This document shows, one piece after another, positions 53,700-64,000 of a stretch of 64,000 bases of DNA. Every line of letters starts with the position of its first letter. The first letter of the stretch is position 1. Both the position numbers and the translations under genes were made by a program. The notes under the pieces are model-generated. The model did no database searches. It was given only the letters and a program-made list of their open reading frames with translations, and had not been told where the DNA came from. Source of the stretch: Lama glama (lineage: Eukaryota); assembly GCA_028534125.1 (NCBI GenBank), contig CM052818.1:37946001-38010000 (forward strand), given 5' to 3'.

Positions 53700-54130
53700 C
53701 CTTACTTCACACAGCATATGCCTCAGATGCACAACCAGACTGGTCTACACTAATCATTGTCCTCTCTTTCCCCTGCCATGGATTGGCTTAGGAGGGCGTG
53801 TGAGCTGACTCCGGTCGATGAGATTCAAAAGAAAGTCTATGGAATTCTTCTTGGAAGACACAGAAAGAGACATGTTCACCCTTTCACCCCCTGGACATTG
53901 TCAGGACAAGATTTGACGCCTGAAATTGCTCTAATCACCGTGCTGCCCCAGCGTGAGGCTATCACTTGGGAAAATAACCAAGTGAAACAGATACTGGGAG
54001 CCAGATACATGACTTGCACAGAACCTGCCCTTCCCCTGGATTTCTTGTTATTTGAGACCATGGTTTTCCTCATTGTAAAAATGAACTTAAGCTGGGATGT
54101 CTTGTTATTTGCTACCACATATGTCCTGAT
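53700..54130 (+). mobile_element. Old MaLR LTR (MLT1I/J-like)
   Basis: 'gattggcttaggagggcgtgtga...gatgagattcaaaagaaagtct...tttgacgcctgaaattgct...ctggatttcttgttatttgaga...ttgttatttgc'. Confidence 0.6.
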
Positions 54131-54406
54131 GTAGCTAGTTAGAAAAATCTGTTCTTTTTTTCTTTTCTTTTTTTTTTAAGAAACTGAAAGGCTTCTCTGT
54201 TCACAGCTGCTATTGAGAGGCAAAGCAAAACAGAGGCAGAGAGACCAGTGAATTGTTTTGCTTTTAGGAAAGAGGTGGCAGCATATCTTTACAAAAAGAT
54301 GATCCTGACTCTTTAGAGTTAACGTAGCCTGAAGAGCCAACCTGCACGCTCTTCCTGCTTTTTCACAAAAAAAGGTCCATATTAGAGTCTGATGATCACA
54401 TACACT

Positions 54407-54947
54407 TTTAGGGGCAGAAAAATTCTCCCTTCTTCCCTTCTAGGTTCTTTGGATGGTCTAATGATTAAACTAACATAACACAGATTAATGGGAAAAAAAT
54501 ATGTTAAATCTCGTATAGGGAGCTCCATAAAAATCTGAGATGTAAAGGCAGTCAGGCACTTGAAGCTTATATGCCATCCTGAGCTAAAGAATGGGATGGG
54601 GGCTGGAACCTCAAAGGCGAGAGGCAAATCCACAGGAAGGTAAGAGCAGATGTTTGATAATCAGCTGTTGGCCCTGCCATGCACGTAAGACTTTCAAATA
54701 AAAAACATAAACAAAATTGTCTCCGGTTATAGCTGCCTTTCTGGGCCAGATGCCCTATCGAAATTCTTTTAGGTAGTTAAGGAAGAGGTGAAAGTTTTTT
54801 TTGTTTGTTTGGTTTTGGTTTTGGTTTTTTTTTCCTGAGTTTGCCGGGTCTTGATTGCCTTCAGCTCAAAATAATCCACATGCTGGATTATTCAATCAAA
54901 ATAATCCAAAGTGGCATATTTTGGGGTGATATATTCTGATCCCCTCA
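54407..54947 (-). mobile_element. ERV1-class solo LTR (MER34-like 5' end)
   Basis: Minus strand starts 'tgaggggatcagaatatatcaccccaaaatatgccactttgg...gattattttgagctgaaggcaatcaaga' and ends 'ttttctgcccctaaa'. 4-bp TSD cact (54403-54406 / 54948-54951). Confidence 0.8.
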
Positions 54948-55214
54948 CACTAAATGTGACTTTCACAGTAGAGCTGTTTTTCAATCTTGTGACACTTACT
55001 GTATTTGTCATATATATGGTAATACACACGTGTGCAATCCTAATCTCTTGGTAATGAGAGCTGGGAAAGGCCATTCTATTAAGGAAGGGGTGCTTTAGAG
55101 AAAGAATAAGTGAACTCAATTAGTTGGTTTGATAGGAAGCAGGTCCACTGAGGAAGGGTTAGTACCATACACTTACCATCCATAGCCTGCTAAGTCTATG
55201 TCTTACGTGATTCC

Positions 55215-55390
55215 TAATGTAGCAGAATCTTGTAATCTTTAAACAACCCCACGACTTAGGTTGTATTAAACTCATTTCCCTGGGAAAGAAACTATGTTTT
55301 GAAAAGGTTAAGAAAATTGTCCAAGATCCCACACCCAGTAATTATCAGCATTAGAACACGAGTCCAGCACCTCTCACTTAAGATACTCAT
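55215..55390 (-). mobile_element. MIR SINE fragment
   Basis: 'taatctttaaacaacccc...ctcatttcc...aaggttaagaaaattgtccaagatcccacaccc'. Confidence 0.6.
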
Positions 55391-55752
55391 CTTTTTCTGC
55401 ATCTTGTTTCCTGCACGAATAAGCTGAGAGGCGAGAATGCACGAGAGAGGCTTCTCTGGGTCTTCTTTTCTTTCTTTTTCTTCATTTACTTTATTTTTCT
55501 TTCCTCTTCTCATCTTTTTTTTTCTTTCAATTTTTCTTCATTCTTCATAACATATTTAAAGCAACCATGAAGGAAACAAAGCTGACTCAGAACAGATCCT
55601 CCTCTTTCTGTCTCCAAAAGCAGCTCAACCACACACGCAATCACCTATAACCCAAAGTGGAAACTGATCAACATTGTAAGAGAGATGAAGGAAGGTGGAT
55701 GGGAGTTGAGGGAGAAATAATTGATTTCATAACAATAAAATGTTTGTATGAG

Positions 55753-55885
55753 GGGGGAAGGTATAGCTCAGTGGTAGAGCATGTGCTTAGCATGCACAAG
55801 GTCCTAGGTTCAGTCCTCAGTACCGCCATTAACAAATATATAAACCTAGTTGCCTCCTCCCCAAAATAAATTTTTTAAAAAAAAA
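55753..55885 (+). mobile_element. tRNA-Ala-derived SINE, camelid Vic-1 type
   Basis: A-box 'tagctcagtgg', Ala(AGC)-like arm 'catgtgcttagcatgcaca', B-box 'ggttcagtcc', tail 'aaacctagttgcctcctcccc' plus A run. Degenerate TSD aaaatgtttgtatgag / aaaaaggttgtataag (13/16). Confidence 0.85.
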
Positions 55886-57359
55886 AAGGTTGTATAAGAG
55901 GAATGCAGGAGAGTAGTTCTCCATAAAGGCAAGTAATAATGATGTATTAACAAGGTACTTAGTCAGCAATGAGATCTCAACTTTTCAAGATGACAGAATC
56001 TTGGGAAGATAACACAAGGAGATGGAAATGTCTAAGGTTCTGAAAAGAGTCAATGGTCCCAGTGTATCTAAGAGTATTCTAAATGCATCTTCAATCACCC
56101 CAAAATGTACCAAGCTGGAGTCATGTGAATGGACTGAATAGAGGAATGGCCTCTTCCTTCATTACACTGGGTGCATCTTCCATCATCAAGAATTCATGAT
56201 CCTCAATTGAACATTCAACAAATTGTCCGCAGCTGTAGGCAGGCAATGGCTTGCCACTGAACAGGCATAAGGGTCTTGCAAGGTTCCTTCTATCTCTGTT
56301 CTTATAGGAGAACATATTTCACATAAACTTTTTCTCCCTTTGGGAAGAATATGCAGTGTGTGAGAGTGAAATATTTGTTAGCTTTTAGTGTGTTAGGGAG
56401 CTAGAGGGGGTGAGTAATATTACATCCATGCTAATAATTCTCCTGGGGGCAGGAAGGTAATTTATTATACTCCATAGCCGAGATTGGGAGATAGGGGGAA
56501 AAAGGCTTAAACATTTCAATCAAGATAACCTTCCCTTACCCCTGAAAAGTAAGTCACCATTTGTCTTCCTTCTACCCAGACAGCTGTGACTAAGTACAAT
56601 TATACAAATGAAGGGTGTAGTAGATTTCAAATAGGAGGGGAAATATTATATCTAACATGGTTATATATCATCTGTGCTTTTGTAAAGCTCTTACAACAAC
56701 TATTTGTTCATTCAAAATCATGTTTGAAAACACCTTCTTCCTGGTTTCCTTTTTTCTTGTCACGTGGTGCCAACAGACATAGGTGATTCATGACCTTTAG
56801 ACACGTAAGGGTTCCATAAAGTGATGGTTTCCATACTTTCTCAGCACTGTCATAAAGTTATAGACATTGACCCATTGGGATAATTTTATAATCTCTACTT
56901 AAAGCAGAGGAACAGGTTATCAACTTTGAAATCTAAAAATCTAATAAATAACTTAAGCAACAACAACAAAAAATGCCAGAGTCTCTAACTCGGTTCAACG
57001 GAAACTACATGTAGCACAGCTTAGTTACAGGCATTCTAGGGGAGGAGAGGCAGAGAGGAACAGGACGTGGTTCCTCGGGGAAGTTATGGTCGGTCTCCTG
57101 TGGAGGACAGGGCCACAGCTGAACAACTGGCTCCAGGCCGGGCATGGTTACGACACAGATAAGCGCCATGTGATTAAGAAGAGGTGGAGAATCAGGAAAA
57201 GCTTCAAAAACAGTTGATGTTTCATCTGTCTCCAGGATAAATGGACAGAAAGAACTTCAGCACATGAAGGCAGGGAGAAAGCATTTAGAAAGAGTAAAAG
57301 GAAGGCTGTGGATAGGCTCAGTCGGTCTGTGTGGAGACAACACAGTTGAGAAAAGATCA

Positions 57360-57570
57360 AGAATTGGCATCAGACACAAATGTATTCACACCGGGGCTCT
57401 CTGGCTACCTCACCATGTGACTAAATAAAGCTTACTTAATTCCTTTAGCCCTCATTTTTCTTTCTATGTGAAATGAGAATTTTTGCATAATAAAACTAAC
57501 CTTCATTGGTTTTTTCTGAATATTAAATGGAGTGATATATGCAAACATTTAGCGTAGAGTCTGGCCAATG
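57360..57570 (+). mobile_element. MIR SINE
   Basis: 'catcagacac...ccatgtgactaaataaagcttacttaattcctttagccctcatttttctttctatgtgaaatgaga...tattaaatggagtgatatatgcaaa'. Confidence 0.65.
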
Positions 57571-59226
57571 GGAAGCCCTATTTCCTCTTCTGTAGTCTCC
57601 TCCACTTACCTCTGCTTAACGAACTCCACTCTGCCACCTCTAGGAAGACACAGGCCTGTGTTCAGTTATTCATTCCATAAAGATTTACTGAGCACCTTCT
57701 TAATCATTCGCTTCTTTCTCCTAACACTACTGCACTTAAATAAACAAGGCAGCAATTACTGTGCTCAAAGAGAGGTGTTCATGCTTCTGTCTTGCCTAGT
57801 TCTGAGTTCAGGGTTAGGACGAGTTGGCGACATGAGAGAGGGAGGTGCAAATGACTGTCACGTGTGAACAAGAGGATCCAGGCAAGAGGGCGTCCCTGGG
57901 AAGAATGGCTGCTCTCTGTCCCTCTTTAGCCCAGCGGGGCTGGACAAGTCCTGACTTAGCCAGCTCTGAGCTACTGCGGACAACGAACCCTGGCTGCAGG
58001 ATTTAATTTCCCATTTTTATTTGTCACTTGAAAATACTGGCATAATCTAGCTCTGGTTCCAGGAAGAACACACCCTAGCACAGTGTGAGAGTGTCCTCAG
58101 GTGTTCACAGCCCAGTAAGGCCATTTGGAACAGAAGAGAGAATATAAATAAAAGAAACGAAGTGCATTAGCGACTCATTTTTCTCCAAATGCTTACATAA
58201 TCGCAGCTTCCCCTCTTTCCCACGTGGCCTTCAGACTCTCTAAAATGCACCTTCTCACTGTTGTTGTTTTTCTTTTTATTCTTTTCTTTCTTTCTTTTTT
58301 TTCTTTCAGAATATGCTACAAAGAAAGGAGAAGGTAAACAGAAAGGAGAAAGGAAGACAGTCGAAGAGTCAAGGAGTCGGCCAAAGTGTCGGATAAACAG
58401 AGCCACTGCTGAGAGGTCCCTGAGAGAATGAATCCTTTGCCCTGCCTGCAAAGTGGGCAGGTCCTGAGCTGTTTCCACTGGTTCAGCTTCCTTGGAACGA
58501 AACCTCGAAACCGTGCATGGAGATCATCCTAAATGTCTTACAGTTTTATGATCGCCATTGTTTTTTGCTTTTATGTTGTTATCCTCTCTCTTCTCCATGA
58601 CTCCCCCCAGTTCTGTATTTTATAGTTTCTCTGAGACAAGGAGAGAAAAAAAACATAAATCCCAACTTTCACAGAATCAGTGATGAGAAGCCAATCAGTA
58701 TACGCTATGGAAAGAACAATGAAGACTTTACCACCTGTACGCTGTGTTTGCCCACCAGCCTCTAGAGAGGCTCCCCCCAAAAGCTAACGAATGCCCACGG
58801 TCTTATTCAAAGAAGCACTGATAACTGTTAAATGGGAGTTGATACGTCAAGCAGAACTACCTTCTCCCTAGTGTTTCTTCCTCCCAGGATTATCCCACTG
58901 AGGCACTTGGCTGATGAATTTAAGAAAAAATAACCTCAAACTTATTTCTCTGTCTCGCCTTTAGTATCTCCTAAACTCATCCACTGCAGATTCATAAGGT
59001 ATTATAACATACTTTCTTTAAAAGTCCAGATAATATTGAAGAAATAAGAACAGTCAGTGTGTGAGTGTAAATCAGGAGACTGCTTTTCTCCTAACTCTTA
59101 GAAAAAGCACCATGCAGACTAAGGTTACGAATGGCTGGAGGAAAGAACATTACGGTGTGTGGGTCATCTTGGAGATTTCTGGACTTAGATTTGACACTAG
59201 GGGTTAGGACTTTAGCCAAGAAAAAT

Positions 59227-59250
<24 letters not shown>
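59227..59250. repeat. (GA)n microsatellite
   Basis: 'gagagagagagagagagagagaga' read directly. Confidence 0.9.
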
Positions 59251-59257
<7 letters not shown>

Positions 59258-59832
59258 GTGATAAACTAGGATCAGGCAGTGAAGGAAGACTGCAAAGGAA
59301 CGTGGGAGGTACCAAAAGGCAACTTCTCAGTCTATCAGATGCTAGACATTCAGTACAGTAAAGACACTTTCAGAAGGTGGCAACATTCTAATTACTATGA
59401 TTTTTTAGAATAATGTCGTTTATTATTAACAAAGAAAGTGTCTGGAAACAGTTTCCAGTCAAGTAGATTCTTGGCTCGAGCCACCTGCTCCAGCTTCATC
59501 CTTTGATTTTGGTTGCTGCTGCAGTTGCCTTTTAAAACATTGCAGCGTGCCTGGTTGAATGCATTTTTCTTTTCACAAAGATGATCTATCCAAAGATCTC
59601 TGGATTAGATTCTTCCTCAAAATTCTACTCATCAGCATTGGGTTACGCTACGGGAAATGCTCTCCCCCAGCCCGGGCTGACGGTCCTGCACCGCATGTGT
59701 TTGCAGCCTCAGGGTCACAGGGCTCGGGAGCACATCTCTTACTCTCTGTCTTGTCCCTTTTCTTGCCTCGTATGACTTTCAGTTCATGTCTCCTTTTGTT
59801 TCTGACATGATGCTACTTAGCGTAACTTCAGT

Positions 59833-59866
59833 AAAAAAAAAAAGAAGAAGAAGAAGAAGAAGAAGA
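59833..59866. repeat. Poly(A) grading into (AAG)n
   Basis: 'aaaaaaaaaaagaagaagaagaagaagaagaaga'. Confidence 0.9.
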
Positions 59867-61125
59867 TTCGGCATATTACAGCCTTTTTTTTCACACTGCT
59901 GCACTTGGGAGGAACTTTCCATCGTTTTGTTTTTTTTTTTTTTTTCTCAGTCAGAATGTCTATAAGACTATAGGTTAATCCCTACTTCTTGTTAGATGCT
60001 TTATTCAAGAGCATCCTGATTCTGGACGATTCAGCTTTCATTGGTTATTTTTAGCACTCAATTGATTCAAGCATCTTCCAAATTCTGTGGAAAAAAATCA
60101 CTTCAACCAAGAGATCCTATCAATCACAGCGTGGTTTGCATGCTTATTTAGCTGGTTAGTAATTAAAGGCGGCTAAAAATACCCGGCATGCATGAATGGT
60201 GTGATTTTTATATCTTAGCTCTTTTCCAGAGAAGATGCAAGTTCCATCAATCAAACAGTTGGTAGCTGAAGTCATTATCACTGAAATTAAGGCAATTATA
60301 TACAAATGAATATTAATGAAGTATCTAGCCAAAATTAGGGTCACTTCTTAACACTTAAAAAGAAACTGTAGAGAATCTAGGTTCAGTGTTAATCCATTGT
60401 AAAATAACTTAAGGACACACCTTCCATATTAAACTGTCACTCTAGTTAAGGGGGTCTCATCACATTTAGGTTATTTATTGTTTCAGAGACAAATGATTTT
60501 ATATCCATCACAATTTCAAAACAGCCTATAAACTTACATTTAATATAATCATACAACACTCCAATGAGAAAGAGGTACACTGGTCCCAAGCACTGAAATT
60601 GTACAACCTAAAAAAACCTACATGACATTCATTACAATTTATAACATTTTTATTAATAGAATAAGACTATACTAGAGGCTTTTAAAATTCTAACATTCTA
60701 CTGTTGTAGAATCTGATGTGGAATGAGAATGCATCATTTTAAGGACTTTGGAAAAGCTAAAGCTAGTACATAGTTTATGATTTGATCCTTTAGATAGCTG
60801 TGAATAGGAAAGAAATAGTGAGATCTGCAAGCAGTTTGAATTTTCTAGATATGCTTGCAGACAATTAAAGGTCCACAAGTGGAACAGTCTTAATTTAAAA
60901 GCTGGTAGACCTCCAATAGCCAGGTGAATTCCTTCAAGGATGGCTATCCCATCCCACAACTCCAGAATACCATTCACATCAGGGTCTATATAAATGTCTT
61001 TCCTAGGGATGTGCAGTGCACAGCCTAGGTAGCCATAGATGCTGGCCCCACACAGAGAATGGACATTTGATTAACCATACCACAGTGTTTTCCCTAGCTT
61101 CATGCTACCCACTTAGTACCCAGAT

Positions 61126-61168
61126 GAAAGGAAGAAAGGAAGAGAAAGAAAGAAAAGAAAGAAAGAAA

Positions 61169-61221
<53 letters not shown>

Positions 61222-61361
61222 AATAAAGAAAGAAAGAAAGAAAGAAAGGGAGGGAAAGAAAGGAAGGAAGGAAGGAAGGAGAGAGAGAAAGGAAGGAAGA
61301 AGAGAGAGAAAGAGAGAGAGAGGGAGGGAGGGAGGAAGAAAGAAAGGGAGGGAGGGAAGGA
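61126..61361. repeat. Polypurine compound repeat (GAAA)n/(GGAA)n/(GA)n/(GGGA)n
   Basis: 236 bp of purines with a single T at 61224. Confidence 0.95.
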
Positions 61362-62019
61362 TGGAGGAAAGAAGAACAAAGGAGGGAGACACTGTTTCAT
61401 GACTGAACGTTGGAAATGGAAGCGATTTGGCTCAACGGTCTTTAGGTCCGCCATTCCTCAGCCAGAAAAGTCAGTGAACAGAGCCATTCAGGTGGTCTCT
61501 AAAAGAAGACAAAACCCAAGGAGCAACCCTTGTTTCAAAATACGCAGAACTTCAGAAGCCGGACAAGAGGGATGAGAAATAAGAGGGAGGTAGGCTAACT
61601 ATGCTAGAAGGATTCCAAAAGGATGAATCTGGAGGACAATGAAAGGGGAATGAAAATGATTAGGCAAGGCAGACAAAAGACAGGAACAAAAAGGGAAGGC
61701 ATCTTAGTTCCCCGCAGGTGCGTGAAAAGATACAGCCATGCTGGCTGAATTCCACTGGCTCATATTTCAGGTTCTTGCAATTCTCCCAGAAATCTCAGCT
61801 GCGTGAGAGCGGAGATCACTGTAGAACTACAAGACCTAAAATAAAAGAAAAGTCCTTGGCCTGGGGCATTTGAAAAATTGCCATGCTTGGAAGCAGGAAC
61901 ATAGAGCAGCTGCTGTCTTATTCCCTAGAACCCTGTGCAACACTACAGAGTGATTCACTATCCTTGTGAAGTAGTTCTCACTAAAGGGTAAAACAGTATA
62001 GTTCAGCTGGTTAAAATCA

Positions 62020-64000
62020 CATACATAGCTTTCCCATTAAGATGGGACACAAGGCAAGGATGTCCCCTCTCATTACTTCAACACTGTACTAAAAGTTCTT
62101 ACTAAATGCAGTAAGGCAAGAAGAGGGAGTAAAAGGTATATAGATTGGAAAGGAAGACACAAAGCTGTCTTTGTTTGCAATCTAGATTACTGTCTATGTG
62201 AAACATCCTAATCCACCTATGAAAAAGCTCCTGGAACTAATAAGTGATTATAGCAACACTGCAGGATACAAGCCTATTATAAAAACTCAAGTGCTTTCTT
62301 CTACTCCAGCAAAGAACAAGTGGAATGTGAAATTAAAAACATAATGCCATTTGTATTAGCACCCTAAAGGTGAAATGCTTAGGTATAAATCTAACAAAAT
62401 GTATATAAGATCTATGTGAGAAAATGATAAAAATCCTGATTAAATAAATCAAAGAAGAACTAAATAAATGGATAGATAATCTATGTTCCCAAGCAGAAAG
62501 ACTCAATATTGTCAAGATGTCAGTTCTTCCCACTTTGATCTGTAGATTCAATGCAATCCCAATCAAAATGCCAGAAAATCATTTTATGGATATCAACAAA
62601 CTGATTCTGAAGTTTACGTAGAGAGGCAAAAGACCTAGAAGAGACAACCCAATATTGGAGAAGAACAAAGTTGGAGACTTCAAGACCATAAAGCTACAAT
62701 AATCAGGACAGTGAGGTATTGGCGAGAAAAATAGATCAATGGAGCAGAATAGAGAACCCAGAAATAGATTTTTTGGGGGGAGATAGGTAATCAGGCTTAT
62801 TTATCTATTTTTAAAAGCAGTCCTGGGGATTGAACCCAGGACCTTGTACATGCTAAGCATGTGCTTTACCACTTGAGCTATAACCTCCTCCTGAGATCCC
62901 AGAAATAGACCCTCATAAATATAGTCAACTGATCTTTGACAAAAGAACAAAGACAATACAATGGAGACAGGATAGTCTTTTCAACAACTGGTGTTAGAAC
63001 CATTGGATAGCCACATGCAAAAAAAAAAAAAAAAGAATCTAGATACAGACCTTACTCTATTCACAAAAATTAAAAAGGCTCAGAGACCTACATATAAACT
63101 GCAAAACTATAAAACTACTAGAAGATAACACAGCAGAAAACCTAGATGACCTTGGGTATGGCAATGCCTTTTTAGATATAGCACCAAAGACAATCCATGA
63201 AAAAAATCACGGATAAGCTGGACTTCATTCAAATTAAAAATTTCTGCTTTGCAGAATGCAGTATCAAAGAGACTTTGAAAATAAGACACAAACTTGGGGA
63301 AAATGTCTGCAAAAGACACATGTGATAAAGGACTGTCGTCTAAAATGTACAAAGAACACTTAAAACTCAACAACAAGACAACAAACAACATGATTAAGAA
63401 ATTGGCCAAAGACATTGACAGATCCATCACCAAAGAAGATATACAGATGGCAAATGAGCATACGGAAAAATGTCCCAAATCATGTGCCATCAGGGAAAAG
63501 CAAATTAATATGAGATACAACTATATATATATAGATATTAAAATGGCCAAAACCCAGAACACTGACAACACCAAACGCTGGTGAGGATGTGGAGCAATAG
63601 GAACTCTAATTCGTTGATTTGGGAAATGCAAAATGCTACAGTCACCTTGGAAGACAGTTTGGCAGCTTATAAAACTAAATATACTCTAACCATATGATCC
63701 AGAACTCACACTCCTTGTTATTTAACCAAAAGAGCTGAAAACTTACCTCCACACAAAAACCTACATGTGGATATGTGTAGCAGCTTTACTTACAAAAATT
63801 GCCAAAACTTGGACGCAACAAAGATGTCCTTCAGTAGGTGAATGGATATATAAACTGTGATGCATCCAGACAATGAAATATTATTCAGTGCTAAAAATAA
63901 ATGAGCTATCAATTCATGAAAAGACACAGAGGAAACTTAAGTACATGCTACTAAGAGAAAGAAGCCAACCTGAAAAGGCTACGAGCTGCATGATTCCAAC
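62020..64000 (+). mobile_element. L1 (L1MC1-like) ORF2 3' half and 3' UTR, running off the window end
   Basis: RT motif 'gggacacaaggcaaggatgtcccctctca' (GTRQGCPLS). ORF 63294-63584 resembles the ORF2 C-terminal region (DKGLSSKMYKEHLKLNNK...KEDIQMAN...AIREKQI). 3' text 'gagctatcaattcatgaaaagaca...gaaaaggctac'. Frameshifted. Confidence 0.92.
62769..62892 (-). mobile_element. tRNA-Ala-derived SINE (Vic-1 type) inserted in L1 ORF2
   Basis: Minus strand 'ggaggaggttatagctcaagtggtaaagcacatgcttagcatgtacaaggtcctgggttcaatccccagg...aagcctgattacctatctcccccc'. TSD gagaacccagaaataga (62752-62768) / gagatcccagaaataga (62893-62909). Confidence 0.9.

Noticed and set aside
55753..55830. tRNA-Ala(AGC)-like sequence as a real tRNA gene
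   Set aside because: Stem mismatches, a SINE tail with poly(A), a TSD and a second diverged copy at 62769-62892 indicate a tRNA-derived SINE.
61016..61454. K/E/R-rich and F/L/S-rich ORFs of 95-128 aa
   Set aside because: These are translations of the polypurine simple repeat.
63107..63584. 137-aa and 96-aa ORFs
   Set aside because: Antisense and sense readings of a frameshifted L1 ORF2 remnant, not host genes.
1..64000. Prokaryote-style novel system (operon, CRISPR, defence island)
   Set aside because: The sequence is mammalian non-coding DNA, with no gene-dense ORFs or repeat-spacer arrays.

Overview
This window is mammalian nuclear DNA, very probably camelid (camel/llama/alpaca). The evidence is two tRNA-Ala-derived SINEs with the head, tail and length I recognise as camelid Vic-1-type SINEs (55753-55885 +, 62769-62892 -). 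I found no protein-coding gene, RNA gene, CRISPR array or other prokaryotic system. The listed ORFs are short and either unrecognisable or explained by decayed L1, LTR or simple repeats. Roughly half of the window is interspersed repeat: old L1 and L2 fragments, MIRs, MaLR/ERVL/ERV1 solo LTRs and hAT DNA transposons. The rest is unique sequence with several homeodomain/forkhead-motif-rich blocks that look like enhancers, so this is probably a large intron or gene desert. The best-supported oddities are: (1) a tiny 5'-inverted (twin-primed) L1 inside an MLT1A LTR with both target-site duplications (TSDs) readable; (2) a 26-bp duplicated TF-motif module at 40.8-41.0 kb; (3) CpG/E-box-rich patches on ancient repeats; (4) a template-switch scar in an ERV1 LTR; (5) a candidate 24-nt microexon. 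I cannot support a claim of a new biological system. Family names come from my recollection of consensus sequences, not a database search, and boundaries of old repeats are approximate.
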